From Armatimonadota bacterium (lineage in GTDB: Bacteria; Armatimonadota; UBA5829; DTLH01): a stretch of DNA of 60,237 bases. The notes beneath the pieces are model-generated. The model saw nothing but the letters and a program-made list of their open reading frames with translations, was not told where the DNA came from and did no database searches. The position numbers and the translations under genes were made by a program. Each line of letters begins with the position of its first letter. Position 1 is the first letter of the stretch. The stretch spans positions 1-60,237 of the forward strand of contig JBBRAE010000018.1 of assembly GCA_038207085.1 (NCBI GenBank), read 5' to 3'. Shown in pieces: positions 1 through 9,208 of the stretch.

Positions 1-137
1 CACTCGACCTCCTGATGCCCTGGGACGAGGAGGTTCAATCCACACTCAAAATCCAGCCGTCGCATGCCCATGCAAATACTCGCACATCATAGCACTGTTC
101 CGATTGCAGAGATAGGTGGGCCTGGTTGTACGCTCAC
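1..137 (+). mobile_element. Right end of a probable IS66-family insertion sequence: transposase C-terminus (3..92) and right terminal IR ending at 137
   Basis: The frame from position 3 reads LDLLMPWDEEVQSTLK...*, resembling the IS66 TnpC C-terminal 'L..LLPW' motif. 115-137 reverse-complements to GTGAGCGTACAACCAGGCCCACC, similar to GT(A/G)AGCGT IS66 ends. Confidence 0.6.
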
Positions 138-158
138 GTTCTACCGGGGGAAAGGAGC

Positions 159-184
159 GGGCGGACACGTTGGCCCGCCCCTAC
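159..184 (-). repeat. GTAG-family REP palindrome (family A)
   Basis: gggcggacacgttggcccgcccctac; related copies at 3533, 3580, 29323, 29373, 33669-33757 and 33847. Confidence 0.8.
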
Positions 185-295
185 ACTGTTGCCTGGGCGA
201 TCAATGTAATTTGCAGTTGCATTTCGCTTCTGGAAGGTGTAGCATAGAGGCGTCAATCGGCAAACAGTTTGCAAACTTACATATATGGAGGAACG

Positions 296-1555
296 ATGAG
301 CCACCTGACAGAGGCCGGCAAGCAGGCCATCAGAGAACGAGTCGCAAGGGCTGTCGCCCAGACCAAAATCACCGACATCCACACCCACCTCTATGACGCC
401 GCCTTTGGCGATCTGCTGCTGTGGGGTATCGACGAGATGCTCGTCTACCACTACCTGGTCGCTGAGACGATGAGATGGGTGGACATTCCCTACAACGAGT
501 TTTGGGCGCTCCCCAAGAAGGATGCCGCCGACATCGTATGGAAGACGCTTTTTATCGACCACCTGCCGATCAGCGAAAGCTGCAGGGGGCTTCTTACGAG
601 CCTTGAGCGGGTCGGGCTCGACGTAAAAAGCCGCGACCTCGATAGCTACCGCAAGTATTTCGCGGAAATGAAGACCGAGGACTACATCAGCAAGGTCTTC
701 GAGCTCACCAACGTTGAGTCGGTCGTTATGACCAACGACCCATTCGATGACCTTGAGCGTCCGACCTGGCTCGCGGGCGACGGCCCCAAGCGCGATCCCC
801 GCTTCCACGCGGCGCTTCGGCTCGACGCGCTGCTGAACGGCTGGCATCAGGCAGTCCCGAAGCTTCGGCAGTGGGGTTACGATGTTGAGGAGACCGTGCA
901 CGGCAAGACAATCGCTGAGGTGCAGCGGTTCCTGCGCTCGTGGATCGACAAGATAGGCGCGCTCTATATGGCCGTCTCGCTTCCGCCGAGCTTCAGGTTC
1001 CCTGATAACTCACCACGTGGGCGTTTGATCGAGCACTGCGTGCTCCCCGTCGCCGAGGAGAGAGGAATCCCGTTTGCGACGATGATCGGCGTGAAGAAGC
1101 TCGTCAACCCCGGGCTCAGGCTCGCGGGTGACTCGGTGGGCAAAAGTGACATCGATACGCTCGAATATCTATGCGCGAACTACCCCAACGTCAAGTTTCT
1201 GGTGACGATGCTTGCCCGCGAGAACCAGCACGAACTCTGCATCGCCGCGCGCAAGTTTAGAAACCTGATGCTGTTTGGCTGCTGGTGGTTCCTAAACGAC
1301 CCCGTCTTCATCGACGAGATGACCCGAATGAGAATCGAGCTCCTTGGAACAAGTATGATCCCGCAGCACTCCGACGCCCGCGTGCTCGACCAGGTGATCT
1401 ACAAGTGGGAGCACTCCAAGACGATCATCGCCGACGTGATCGCAGACCACTGCATCGCAAGCGCAGAAAGCGGCTGGGAGTTCTCAGACGAAGAGATCAG
1501 GCGCGACGTCGAGGGCATGTTCGGCGGCAACTTCTGGAGCTTCTTGAAGAGGTAG
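296..1555 (+). CDS. uxaC: Glucuronate (uronate) isomerase, amidohydrolase fold
   Basis: DIHTHL metal motif, LLLWGIDEML.YHYL, MTNDPFD, GCWWF and PQHSDARVLDQ.IYKW motifs of the Bacillus halodurans-type uronate isomerase. GGAGG precedes ATG 296. Confidence 0.9.
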   Translation: MSHLTEAGKQAIRERVARAVAQTKITDIHTHLYDAAFGDLLLWGIDEMLVYHYLVAETMRWVDIPYNEFWALPKKDAADIVWKTLFIDHLPISESCRGLLTSLERVGLDVKSRDLDSYRKYFAEMKTEDYISKVFELTNVESVVMTNDPFDDLERPTWLAGDGPKRDPRFHAALRLDALLNGWHQAVPKLRQWGYDVEETVHGKTIAEVQRFLRSWIDKIGALYMAVSLPPSFRFPDNSPRGRLIEHCVLPVAEERGIPFATMIGVKKLVNPGLRLAGDSVGKSDIDTLEYLCANYPNVKFLVTMLARENQHELCIAARKFRNLMLFGCWWFLNDPVFIDEMTRMRIELLGTSMIPQHSDARVLDQVIYKWEHSKTIIADVIADHCIASAESGWEFSDEEIRRDVEGMFGGNFWSFLKR

Positions 1556-1567
1556 AGCGAGAAAAGT

Positions 1568-1592
1568 CCCCTCTCCCCTTGCGGGAGAGGGG
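1568..1592. repeat. CCCTCTCCC..GGGAGAGGG palindrome (REP family C)
   Basis: cccctctccc-cttgc-gggagagggg; related copy at 54847-54881. Confidence 0.7.
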
Positions 1593-1650
1593 GTATTCTC
1601 GTCTGCACCTCAGACGGGTACCGTGATCGACCACATTGAAAGGTAGACAT

Positions 1651-3249
1651 ATGTATAAGAACCTGAAATTTGACCCGGCAAAGAACCCGGCTACACTTGA
1701 TACGATAACATGGAACCCTGAGGCGGCGGTTGCGGCGGTTAAAGAGAACGCAGCCGACCTCGCGGCGCTCAAGGACGCGAAAAATGCGGGCGGATGCCCG
1801 GACTGCGCAAAGGCGAAGCTCGCTGATGCCCAGACCAAAGCGATCAAGTTCTCGGCACCGACCTACTTCTCGATGGAAGGCAAAAGCCACGTGCTTGCGA
1901 CTCTTCCCGACGGTCAGAAGGTCTTTCTCTGCACACCGAATGGCTGGTCCTGCGATGTGCCGAAGATCGGCGAGGTCGATCTCGACTGGGGCAAGGTGAA
2001 GATCGCCCCCGTCAACGTCGATACGGTCAAGATGGCCAGCAGCCTCACAGAGATGGGACCCCACGCGGCTGGAACGGCGTCCAGACTCGGCGTCGGCAAC
2101 CGAATGACGACTACGGTTTGGCCCGGCATCTTTGCAGCAATGCAGGAGATCGGTGGACCGGGCGAGATCGTCCAGAACTCGGCTTATCGCGAACTTGCGC
2201 CGATGGATTTCGTGATCGCCCCGCCATCGAACGAGGCGACATATCTGCCCGGGCACGGAAGCCTCAGCATCGGCCACACCGGAAGCTCGATCCAGGGGCT
2301 CTGGCTCTACGGAGTCGTGAGCGCGATGGAGCATGGCTTTATCACGCCCTACGGCGCTGATCTCGACCATATACCCGTCAAGGGGCTTGATGACGAGTCG
2401 ATCGCCCACGCGAAGCACCTGATCGATTGCGGTCGGCACTACACGTTCTTCACGCTCGACACGTCGTATTTGATGAACCCCGAGGCCGAAGACCTGCACG
2501 AGCGCTACGGCGCGGCGATCAAGGCCGGGTCGCTGATGTACGACTACATCAAGAGCCTGAAAGGTGGCGAGGACTTCGACTACGAGTTCTCACTTGACGA
2601 AGGCGCGGCGATCACTACTCCCGAGGAGCAGGATTTCGTCCTGAAAGAGCTCACAAACCGTGGAGTTCAGGTCGCCTTTGTCGCACCGAACGTCGGTTTT
2701 GAGAAGAGAGTCGACTATCGCCTCGCCGACGGGATCGATGCCCTTGAGGCGCGAGTTAAGAAGCTCTCGAAGAACGCTGCCGAGTATGGCGCTGTGCTCG
2801 ACTTCCATTCAGGAAGCGACAAGTCGTCCAATACCTACCAGACGATCGCCCGAGCCTGCGGCGGAAACATCAAGCTCAAGGTCTCCGGCAAGCTTCAGCT
2901 TATTCTATCAGAAGTCATCGCCGACCTCGACCCCACGTTCTTCAACTTCTGGTGGGACTGGACGCTTACGACCGCCCGCGGCGAAGCCGAGCGCGGAAGC
3001 GATGTCGCCAGGAAGTACGTAGGAATCGTCGAAGAGCGAATGGCTAAGGACGGCGCGGCGTTTAAAAAGTCGCCGAAGGACCTGTTCTTCACCGATTTCT
3101 CGTTTGCGATGGTCGGAGCAAAGGCAGAAGACGGCAGTTTCCTCTTCCGCGACAGGTTCTACAGCCTCTCACCCGAGGTGCAAGCCGAGTATACCGCGCG
3201 CAACAAAGCGTATATCCTCAAGCTCGCGGCGGATCTTGGCGTGGGCTAG
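1651..3249 (+). CDS. uxaE: Tagaturonate/fructuronate epimerase family protein
   Basis: GADLDH, FTLD, FDYEFSLDE, APNVGFEKRVDY and FHSGSDK match UxaE-family motifs. It lies directly after uxaC. Confidence 0.8.
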   Translation: MYKNLKFDPAKNPATLDTITWNPEAAVAAVKENAADLAALKDAKNAGGCPDCAKAKLADAQTKAIKFSAPTYFSMEGKSHVLATLPDGQKVFLCTPNGWSCDVPKIGEVDLDWGKVKIAPVNVDTVKMASSLTEMGPHAAGTASRLGVGNRMTTTVWPGIFAAMQEIGGPGEIVQNSAYRELAPMDFVIAPPSNEATYLPGHGSLSIGHTGSSIQGLWLYGVVSAMEHGFITPYGADLDHIPVKGLDDESIAHAKHLIDCGRHYTFFTLDTSYLMNPEAEDLHERYGAAIKAGSLMYDYIKSLKGGEDFDYEFSLDEGAAITTPEEQDFVLKELTNRGVQVAFVAPNVGFEKRVDYRLADGIDALEARVKKLSKNAAEYGAVLDFHSGSDKSSNTYQTIARACGGNIKLKVSGKLQLILSEVIADLDPTFFNFWWDWTLTTARGEAERGSDVARKYVGIVEERMAKDGAAFKKSPKDLFFTDFSFAMVGAKAEDGSFLFRDRFYSLSPEVQAEYTARNKAYILKLAADLGVG

Positions 3250-3286
3250 ATCACCGTGCCGGGGGTTCTCGGGAATGAACTCTTCT

Positions 3287-3495
3287 TTAGCTGCTGATGG
3301 CTGTAGTACGCCCTTTGATTTGTGGAGCGCACCCTTCGAGAGCCTCAGGGTGAGGGGTTTGGGTTGGGTGAAATGTGAGAGATCGTACCGCGCCCACCAA
3401 TCTCTCAACTATAGATCAATCTAAAGCCAATCACGTTGAGGCTCTCGAAACGTGCGCTCCACCAAACCCTCGACACAGGCCAATTCCTGGGAGCT
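3287..3495 (+). repeat. ~210-bp MITE/REPIN-like element, copy 1
   Basis: Internal inverted arms GGAGCGCACCCTTCGAGAGCCTCA and TGAGGCTCTCGAAACGTGCGCTCC; an inverted homologous copy lies at 58334-58609. Confidence 0.8.
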
Positions 3496-3532
3496 AATCC
3501 CAAACTACAGACATCCATTGCAATTGAGAAAA

Positions 3533-3605
3533 GGGCGGACACATTGGTCCGCCCCCTTATCAATGTGCCAAAGTCCAGAGGGCGGACACATTGGTCCGCC
3601 CCTAC
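3533..3605 (-). repeat. Two tandem GTAG-family REPs (family A)
   Basis: gggcggacacattggtccgcccc at 3533 and 3580, the second ending in ctac. Confidence 0.85.
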
Positions 3606-3608
3606 GGC

Positions 3609-5966
3609 TTATTCTTTGATCTCACTTACGCTTCCAGCCGCAAGGCTTACTGATCTCTTCTTGCCGATTCCCACGCGGATATCGCGCTCGACGGGGGTTT
3701 GTCCCGTATTTAGCGCCAGGAGGCGGCCGGTGGCTTGGCTGATGTAGACGCCGTCGACCTCTCCGTCGGGGACGAGGTTGGTCTGGAGCCTTGAGCTCAG
3801 GCTTTCCAGGACGCGGGCGATCGCTTCGGCGGGGTTGCGCTGGTCGCCCCAGCTCTCGGCGACATAATAAGCCAGACCCTGTGCGTGTTCACGCTTGGTG
3901 ACGGAGGTCTTGGCGTCGAGGTCGAACATCGAGCGAAACGGCCCGGGGTCGCCCTCTACAGTCGTCATCTCACCAAAGTCGCAGGTAACGATCACACCGC
4001 CGGAGTTCACCCATTTGGCGATCCGGGCGAAGTCGTCGGCTTCGATTACCCGGCCTTCGATCAGGACCAAAATCTTGTATTGGCCAAGAGCGCCGTCCTC
4101 GATCATACGCTCGTCGATCATATCGAAATCAAACGCGTCGCGAAGCTGCATTACCTTGTCGTAGAAGCCTCCCCACTTGAGCGAAAGGGAGGTCTGCGGA
4201 TAAAGCACCGCGACCGGCAGGCGGCGGATATCCCTCACTCCAAGCAGATTGTAGCTCTTGCTCCAAGCATCGAGACCACCGGGCTGCACCAAAACCGATG
4301 GGTAATAGAAATGCGTCGCGTTGACTTTCGAGGACGCAGCGTTGAAGAGTCTCGACGTCACCCCCGCAGGTGAAACCACACCGGACGGACCAAAGGCGCA
4401 GTCAGCCTCGTAGAACCTGGCAGCGGTCGAAGCAAGCCGCGTCACAGCAAAGCCGAAGGCGAAGTCGGAGGCCTCGTTGGTAAGCCTGACCCCAGCCCCG
4501 CTGTCAGCCGCCACCTTGCACTGTGCGGAGAAATCCACACCGTGTTCGGGATGACCGTCGCCTCCGGTCACGAGGTAGATCGCCGAACCCGGCAGCTTTT
4601 CCCTCGCCGCGGAAAGACAGACGTTCGCCCACCGGGTCATTCGATCACGATACCACTTGATAAAGTCGAGCCTCGCACGAGCTGAAGTGTCAGGCCCAGG
4701 AAGAATCGGCTTGACTTCGGAAAAATCGGTGTAGGTGGTTCCCCAAGCGTTGTTCAGAGCCTCGACCCGGCCGTAGCGCGACTCGGCGAAGCGTTTGAAG
4801 TCCGCCCCAGCAAGCCCGTCACCGCACCAGAATCCGGAGTGCGAATGGTAGTCGCCGGGTGAAAGCGTCGTCCAGCCCTCGTTTGTGACAGGGTAGACCG
4901 CCTCGCCTACGTCCCCGCTCACGCCTAGAAGCACCGACTCAACCGAAGTCTTGCCCCCGTAACGCTTGGCAAACTCACTTATAAACTGCTCGACGCAGTC
5001 CTGCAGGCGCGGGTTCCAGATCGACTGCACCTTGCTCGGCATCCCATGTTCAAGGCAGGTCGCGAACACCGAGTCGCTGGACTCACGGAACCACTTAGGC
5101 GTGGCAAATGCCGGGCCGATCACGAGGTACGGGGTCCACTTCAATCCGTTGCTACGCAGGATGTCCGCAATTCCGTCGTAATAGCTCCAGTTCCAGCGTC
5201 CCTTTTCAGGCTCGACAAAGTCCCAGCGTACGAAACACTGGACGCTCGTGGCTCCAAGCGCCTTGAACGCTGGCGCAAGCACTTTGAGGTCGGTATATAC
5301 CTGTGAAGCGTCCTCGGGGTACACCGTATCGATCCCGCCGAAGACCACGCGCGCGCCTTTGGTGGGGCGAAGCCGCCCGAGGCTTTCTGAAATCCTCTGT
5401 TTCACCGTCTCCTCACGCTTGAGCGGGCTCCACGTCCGGCCCATATCGACCGTCACCTGGCGCACCGCAAGTGGGTTGCGGCTGACAACCCTGAAGTCCG
5501 CTCCAGAGTTCTGCCTGCCATCGAATCGCGCGTCGGGAAGCTCAAAGGTAGCCTTTCGCCACTTACGCGAGTCAAGCAGTGTTTCGGCTCTGCCGGTCTT
5601 GTGAATGCCCTGATCGGTCGCATCGGCATCGGTGGAGTCGTACTGGATCACAAACGCGCCAAACCCCTTGTCGAAATACTCCACAGTGACGAATACAGGG
5701 CGCTCGACCGCGCCTGCGCGCGGGTCGTAGTCGAAATACATGCAGTAGGACGGCGGATCGCTGTCAGCCTTGTTCACCCGGCACTTGCTTCCGGCGATCT
5801 GAGCGGGCTCGTTTAGCCCGTCACCGGAGTTGATGACCGAGATGCCGCTTTCGATGTTGACAAGCCCAAGCTGCACATGCGCCGTAGGCCCTTTGCCCTT
5901 CGGAGCCGCTACCGCGCCAGTGGCGATGATCGACGTGACAATGAGGAGTAAGGTTATTGGCTTCAT
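3609..5966 (-). CDS. Secreted glycoside hydrolase, GH14/GH42-like TIM barrel with N-terminal beta-sandwich and C-terminal trimerisation/GATase-like domain
   Basis: Signal peptide MKPITLLLIVTSIIATGAVA; FVRWDFVEPEKGRWNWSYYD, ATPKWF, LGVSGDVGEAVYP, ALNNAWGTTYTDF and FDFDMIDE motifs. Confidence 0.75.
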   Translation of the reverse strand: MKPITLLLIVTSIIATGAVAAPKGKGPTAHVQLGLVNIESGISVINSGDGLNEPAQIAGSKCRVNKADSDPPSYCMYFDYDPRAGAVERPVFVTVEYFDKGFGAFVIQYDSTDADATDQGIHKTGRAETLLDSRKWRKATFELPDARFDGRQNSGADFRVVSRNPLAVRQVTVDMGRTWSPLKREETVKQRISESLGRLRPTKGARVVFGGIDTVYPEDASQVYTDLKVLAPAFKALGATSVQCFVRWDFVEPEKGRWNWSYYDGIADILRSNGLKWTPYLVIGPAFATPKWFRESSDSVFATCLEHGMPSKVQSIWNPRLQDCVEQFISEFAKRYGGKTSVESVLLGVSGDVGEAVYPVTNEGWTTLSPGDYHSHSGFWCGDGLAGADFKRFAESRYGRVEALNNAWGTTYTDFSEVKPILPGPDTSARARLDFIKWYRDRMTRWANVCLSAAREKLPGSAIYLVTGGDGHPEHGVDFSAQCKVAADSGAGVRLTNEASDFAFGFAVTRLASTAARFYEADCAFGPSGVVSPAGVTSRLFNAASSKVNATHFYYPSVLVQPGGLDAWSKSYNLLGVRDIRRLPVAVLYPQTSLSLKWGGFYDKVMQLRDAFDFDMIDERMIEDGALGQYKILVLIEGRVIEADDFARIAKWVNSGGVIVTCDFGEMTTVEGDPGPFRSMFDLDAKTSVTKREHAQGLAYYVAESWGDQRNPAEAIARVLESLSSRLQTNLVPDGEVDGVYISQATGRLLALNTGQTPVERDIRVGIGKKRSVSLAAGSVSEIKE

Positions 5967-6089
5967 ATTATCTGAAGTATAGCAGACTGCGGAGGCCCTG
6001 TGCAAAGAATCACAGGTGCCGGGTAGATTTTCTCTCGGTTGTTTGGCTTGGGGCAGATCGGGGAACATACCAAGCAGGCGGCCGGACCT

Positions 6090-6533
6090 ATGCAGACAGT
6101 CAACCACATCACCATCTCAGCAGACCCGAACACGGTGTTTCACGCGGTGTCGAGCATACTCGACTGGCCGCAGATTCTGCCGCATTACCGCTGGGTCCAT
6201 CACATAGGGGGCAACCGCGACTGGAAGATATTCGAAATGGCAGCATGGCGGAGCGTTATTCCGGTCAAATGGACCTCACTTACCCACGTAGACCCAATCG
6301 ATCGCTGCATCTATTTTCGTCATATAGGCGGACTGACCCGGGGGATGGAAGTTGTCTGGTCTGTTGAGGGAGATGGCAGGGAGACGTCCGTCAGCATAAT
6401 GCACGAGCTTTCCAGAATGAGGGTGCCGATAGTTCGCAGCGCACCGGGAAAGCTCGTAACAGGGAAGTTCTTCGTCGAGTTTGTGGCAGACCAAACACTA
6501 AGGAGCATGAAGCGATGGATAGAAGAGCAGTAA
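6090..6533 (+). CDS. SRPBCC/START-domain (polyketide cyclase/aromatase-like) protein
   Basis: ITISADPNTVF...WPQILPHY pattern, FRHIGG.TRGMEVVW and terminal helix ADQTLRSMKRWIE; overlaps the start of fabF. Confidence 0.8.
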   Translation: MQTVNHITISADPNTVFHAVSSILDWPQILPHYRWVHHIGGNRDWKIFEMAAWRSVIPVKWTSLTHVDPIDRCIYFRHIGGLTRGMEVVWSVEGDGRETSVSIMHELSRMRVPIVRSAPGKLVTGKFFVEFVADQTLRSMKRWIEEQ

Positions 6534-7756
6534 TAACAGGGCTCGGCATGGTCACGCCCATTGGAACGGGCGCAAAAGCGTTCTGGAACGGAGTCGTTGC
6601 CGGCAAGTCCGCTGTTCGCCGACCGACGCTTTTTGACCCGTCGCCATTTAGGAGCCAGGTAGCCGCCGAAGTCGATGGGTTCGACGTGGCCGATTATGTC
6701 GACGCGCGACGAGCAAAGCGCCTTGACCGCTTTGCCCAGTTCGCCGTCGCCTCGGCGCGTCTCGCCATGGAGGACTCCGGGATCGATATCGAAGCCGAGG
6801 ACAGGTCAAGAATGGGGGTCGCGATAGGCTCGGCGCTTGGGGGGATCGGGTTTGCGGAGTCACAGTATGGAGCCTTCCGTGAGGGCGGACTGCGGGCGGT
6901 CGACCCCAACCTCGCGCTTTCGGTCTTTTGCGGGGCGGGGAGCTGCAACATCGCGATTGAGTTTGGATTGACAGGGCCTGCTTCGGCGAACTCCAACAGC
7001 TGCGCCTCCGGGACGGTGTCGGTCGGGGAGGCGCTCGGGTTCATCCGCAGAGGGGATGCGGACGTAATGCTCGCCGGTGGCTCTGAAGCGCCGCTTGCGC
7101 CACTCTGCTTCGGCGCGTTTGCGATCATTCGAGCAATGTCGAGCTGCAACGACGAGCCTGCGAAGGCGTGTCGACCGTTTGACGCGATGCGCGATGGGTT
7201 TGTGATGGGCGAGGGCTCAGCGGTGCTTGTTATAGAGGAGCTCGAACATGCACGCCGCAGGGGAGCTAAGGTCTACGCCGAGGTGATGGGCTACGGGCTC
7301 ACAAACGATGCATATCATATGACCGCCCCAAGGCCCGACGCATCAAGCGCCGCCCGAGCTATAACCCTTGCGCTCGCCAATGCACGTGTCGGGATCGACG
7401 AAGTCGACTATATCAACGCCCACGGCAGTTCGACGCCGCTAAACGACAAGACCGAGACCCAGGCGATTCACTCCGTGTTCGGTGAGCGGGCGGGGAGGAT
7501 TCCGGTGAGCGGGACCAAGGCGCTGCACGCGCATGCGCTTGGGGCGACGGGGTCGATCGAGGCGGCGATCTGCGCGCTTGCGATCGAGCAGGGGTTTGTG
7601 CCTCCGACGGTGAACCTGGAGCACCCCGACCCCGAGTGCAACCTCGACTACGTGCCTGGTGTGGGGCGCGAGATGAGAATCGGGCGGGTGCTCTCAAACT
7701 CGTTTGGCTTCGGTGGGATCAACGCTTGCTTGGTGCTTGGGTCGCCCGACGCTTGA
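6515..7756 (+). CDS. fabF: Beta-ketoacyl-ACP synthase II family protein
   Basis: RRAVITGLG, catalytic Cys (NSCASG), RPFD..RDGFVMGEG, INAHGSST, HALGA and SNSFGFGG. Confidence 0.9.
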   Translation: MDRRAVITGLGMVTPIGTGAKAFWNGVVAGKSAVRRPTLFDPSPFRSQVAAEVDGFDVADYVDARRAKRLDRFAQFAVASARLAMEDSGIDIEAEDRSRMGVAIGSALGGIGFAESQYGAFREGGLRAVDPNLALSVFCGAGSCNIAIEFGLTGPASANSNSCASGTVSVGEALGFIRRGDADVMLAGGSEAPLAPLCFGAFAIIRAMSSCNDEPAKACRPFDAMRDGFVMGEGSAVLVIEELEHARRRGAKVYAEVMGYGLTNDAYHMTAPRPDASSAARAITLALANARVGIDEVDYINAHGSSTPLNDKTETQAIHSVFGERAGRIPVSGTKALHAHALGATGSIEAAICALAIEQGFVPPTVNLEHPDPECNLDYVPGVGREMRIGRVLSNSFGFGGINACLVLGSPDA

Positions 7757-8924
7757 TCTGACAGACGCGGCGGTTTCGTCCGTCAAGCGCCCAGAGGCGT
7801 CTGCCGTCCCAGGCGAGACCAGCGGTCGATGCGCCAAAGGGCTTGTCACCCCACTCCAGAAGTCTGCCTTTCGCGTTGCTTCGGTAGACCCCGGGCGCGC
7901 AGCAGTCGATGTGCCAGACGGATTTCCCCGCGGGAGTTATAGCCGAGGGTGAAGGGCCGCTCAGCATAGCCCGTTCGCGGTCTGTGGGGTCGTCGGGATT
8001 GATCTTCCAAAGGGCCCGCGTGCAGGCGTCCCCGATCCAGATGAACCCGTCGATCTCGCATGCCGCAGTGGGGTCGAGCACGAAGTCTATTGGGACATCC
8101 TGCTCGATCTTTCCTGAAGCCGGGTCTAGTTTCACGATCATATTGGGCGAGTCGATTGTTAGTGCGAGTGAGCTTCCCCACATGCCAAGTCCGCGCGCGC
8201 CTTCAAAGGGCAGTTCGAGTCGCCTTTCCTCGGCGCCGTGTGGAGAAAACGATGCGGCCTGGTTCGCTGCCCGGTCACAGGTCCAGAAGCTTGCGCCGTC
8301 CCAGCAAAGTGACCAAAGATCGCCCTCGGGCGCACGGAACGAGCGGACGATCTCCCAGTCCAAGGGAAGCGGCGGGAGTTCTTGAAGAACTTCGTAGAGC
8401 CCGTGGTTCACCAGTGCTCGGAGGACTTTCAGGCTGTGTTCCCCCCACCCGCCGCTCACGTCCTGAGCGCGGAGGATCATCGGAAGCTGGCGGAGGACGA
8501 TTTCTTTTGCAGTGGGGTGATCGATCGGGCCGACGAGTTCAAGCACTCTCCACGGGTCCCAGTAGCTGAGGCAGCCGGCTGAGTTGAGGCCGGTAAGGAT
8601 CCACTTGAGAGCGTCTTCTGTCCCGAGATCGAACAGGCGGATCAACAGGTCCGGCGGGGCGGCGAGAGAATCGATCTGATCGACAATGATCTCTATAAAA
8701 CCGGCTCGAATAGCAGCCCTGTCACCGGAATTTGGCCTACCGAAGACGTGCGTCCGCACCAATGCGCCTTCTGAACTAACGTCATACTTAACGAAGTTTG
8801 TCGGATCGTAGCGAAATCCGTGATCGAGCTGCAATAGCCCACCCTCCCTGGAACACTTTGTAAGCGTAATTCTTCCCACCAATGGCAAGTACATACGACA
8901 AGGCCGACCCGGAACGAACTTCAC
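7719..8924 (-). CDS. Hypothetical protein with C-terminal beta-propeller-like repeats; N-terminus uncertain or possibly chimeric
   Basis: Repeated (G)LxWDG..(F/L)W..D motifs, and an ILRAQDVSGGWG motif like prenyltransferase QxxxGxW repeats. The first ~75 codons look compositionally different. Confidence 0.5.
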   Translation of the reverse strand: MKFVPGRPCRMYLPLVGRITLTKCSREGGLLQLDHGFRYDPTNFVKYDVSSEGALVRTHVFGRPNSGDRAAIRAGFIEIIVDQIDSLAAPPDLLIRLFDLGTEDALKWILTGLNSAGCLSYWDPWRVLELVGPIDHPTAKEIVLRQLPMILRAQDVSGGWGEHSLKVLRALVNHGLYEVLQELPPLPLDWEIVRSFRAPEGDLWSLCWDGASFWTCDRAANQAASFSPHGAEERRLELPFEGARGLGMWGSSLALTIDSPNMIVKLDPASGKIEQDVPIDFVLDPTAACEIDGFIWIGDACTRALWKINPDDPTDRERAMLSGPSPSAITPAGKSVWHIDCCAPGVYRSNAKGRLLEWGDKPFGASTAGLAWDGRRLWALDGRNRRVCQIKRRATQAPSKR

Positions 8925-9208
8925 CGAGCCGGCGCTTCAGTAAATACCGAAGACGCACTTGTCAAACACCTTCTTTTCCTCTCCAGTTATCGTTCTGATC
9001 TTGCCGTCAGAATCGCAGCAGGCCTGCCACCCGCTACGGCTGAGTTTATCCATTATTGCGAGAAGCTAAACTGATCTTTGGGGCCATACGAGGCAGAGCT
9101 GGAATAAATCAGGTAAGATTACCTGGTTCTGCACCAACAGCAATGAGAAACCCGATGATCAGGAACAACATCAGCCTGATCATCGGGCGGTTTATTCGTA
9201 TCGGACAA

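Noticed and set aside
134..2499. Long antisense ORFs (134-901, 1399-2499; likewise 17060-17917, 23802-24707, 31428-32312, 37904-38725)
   Set aside because: They are shadows of well-supported genes in GC-rich DNA and have no recognisable motifs.
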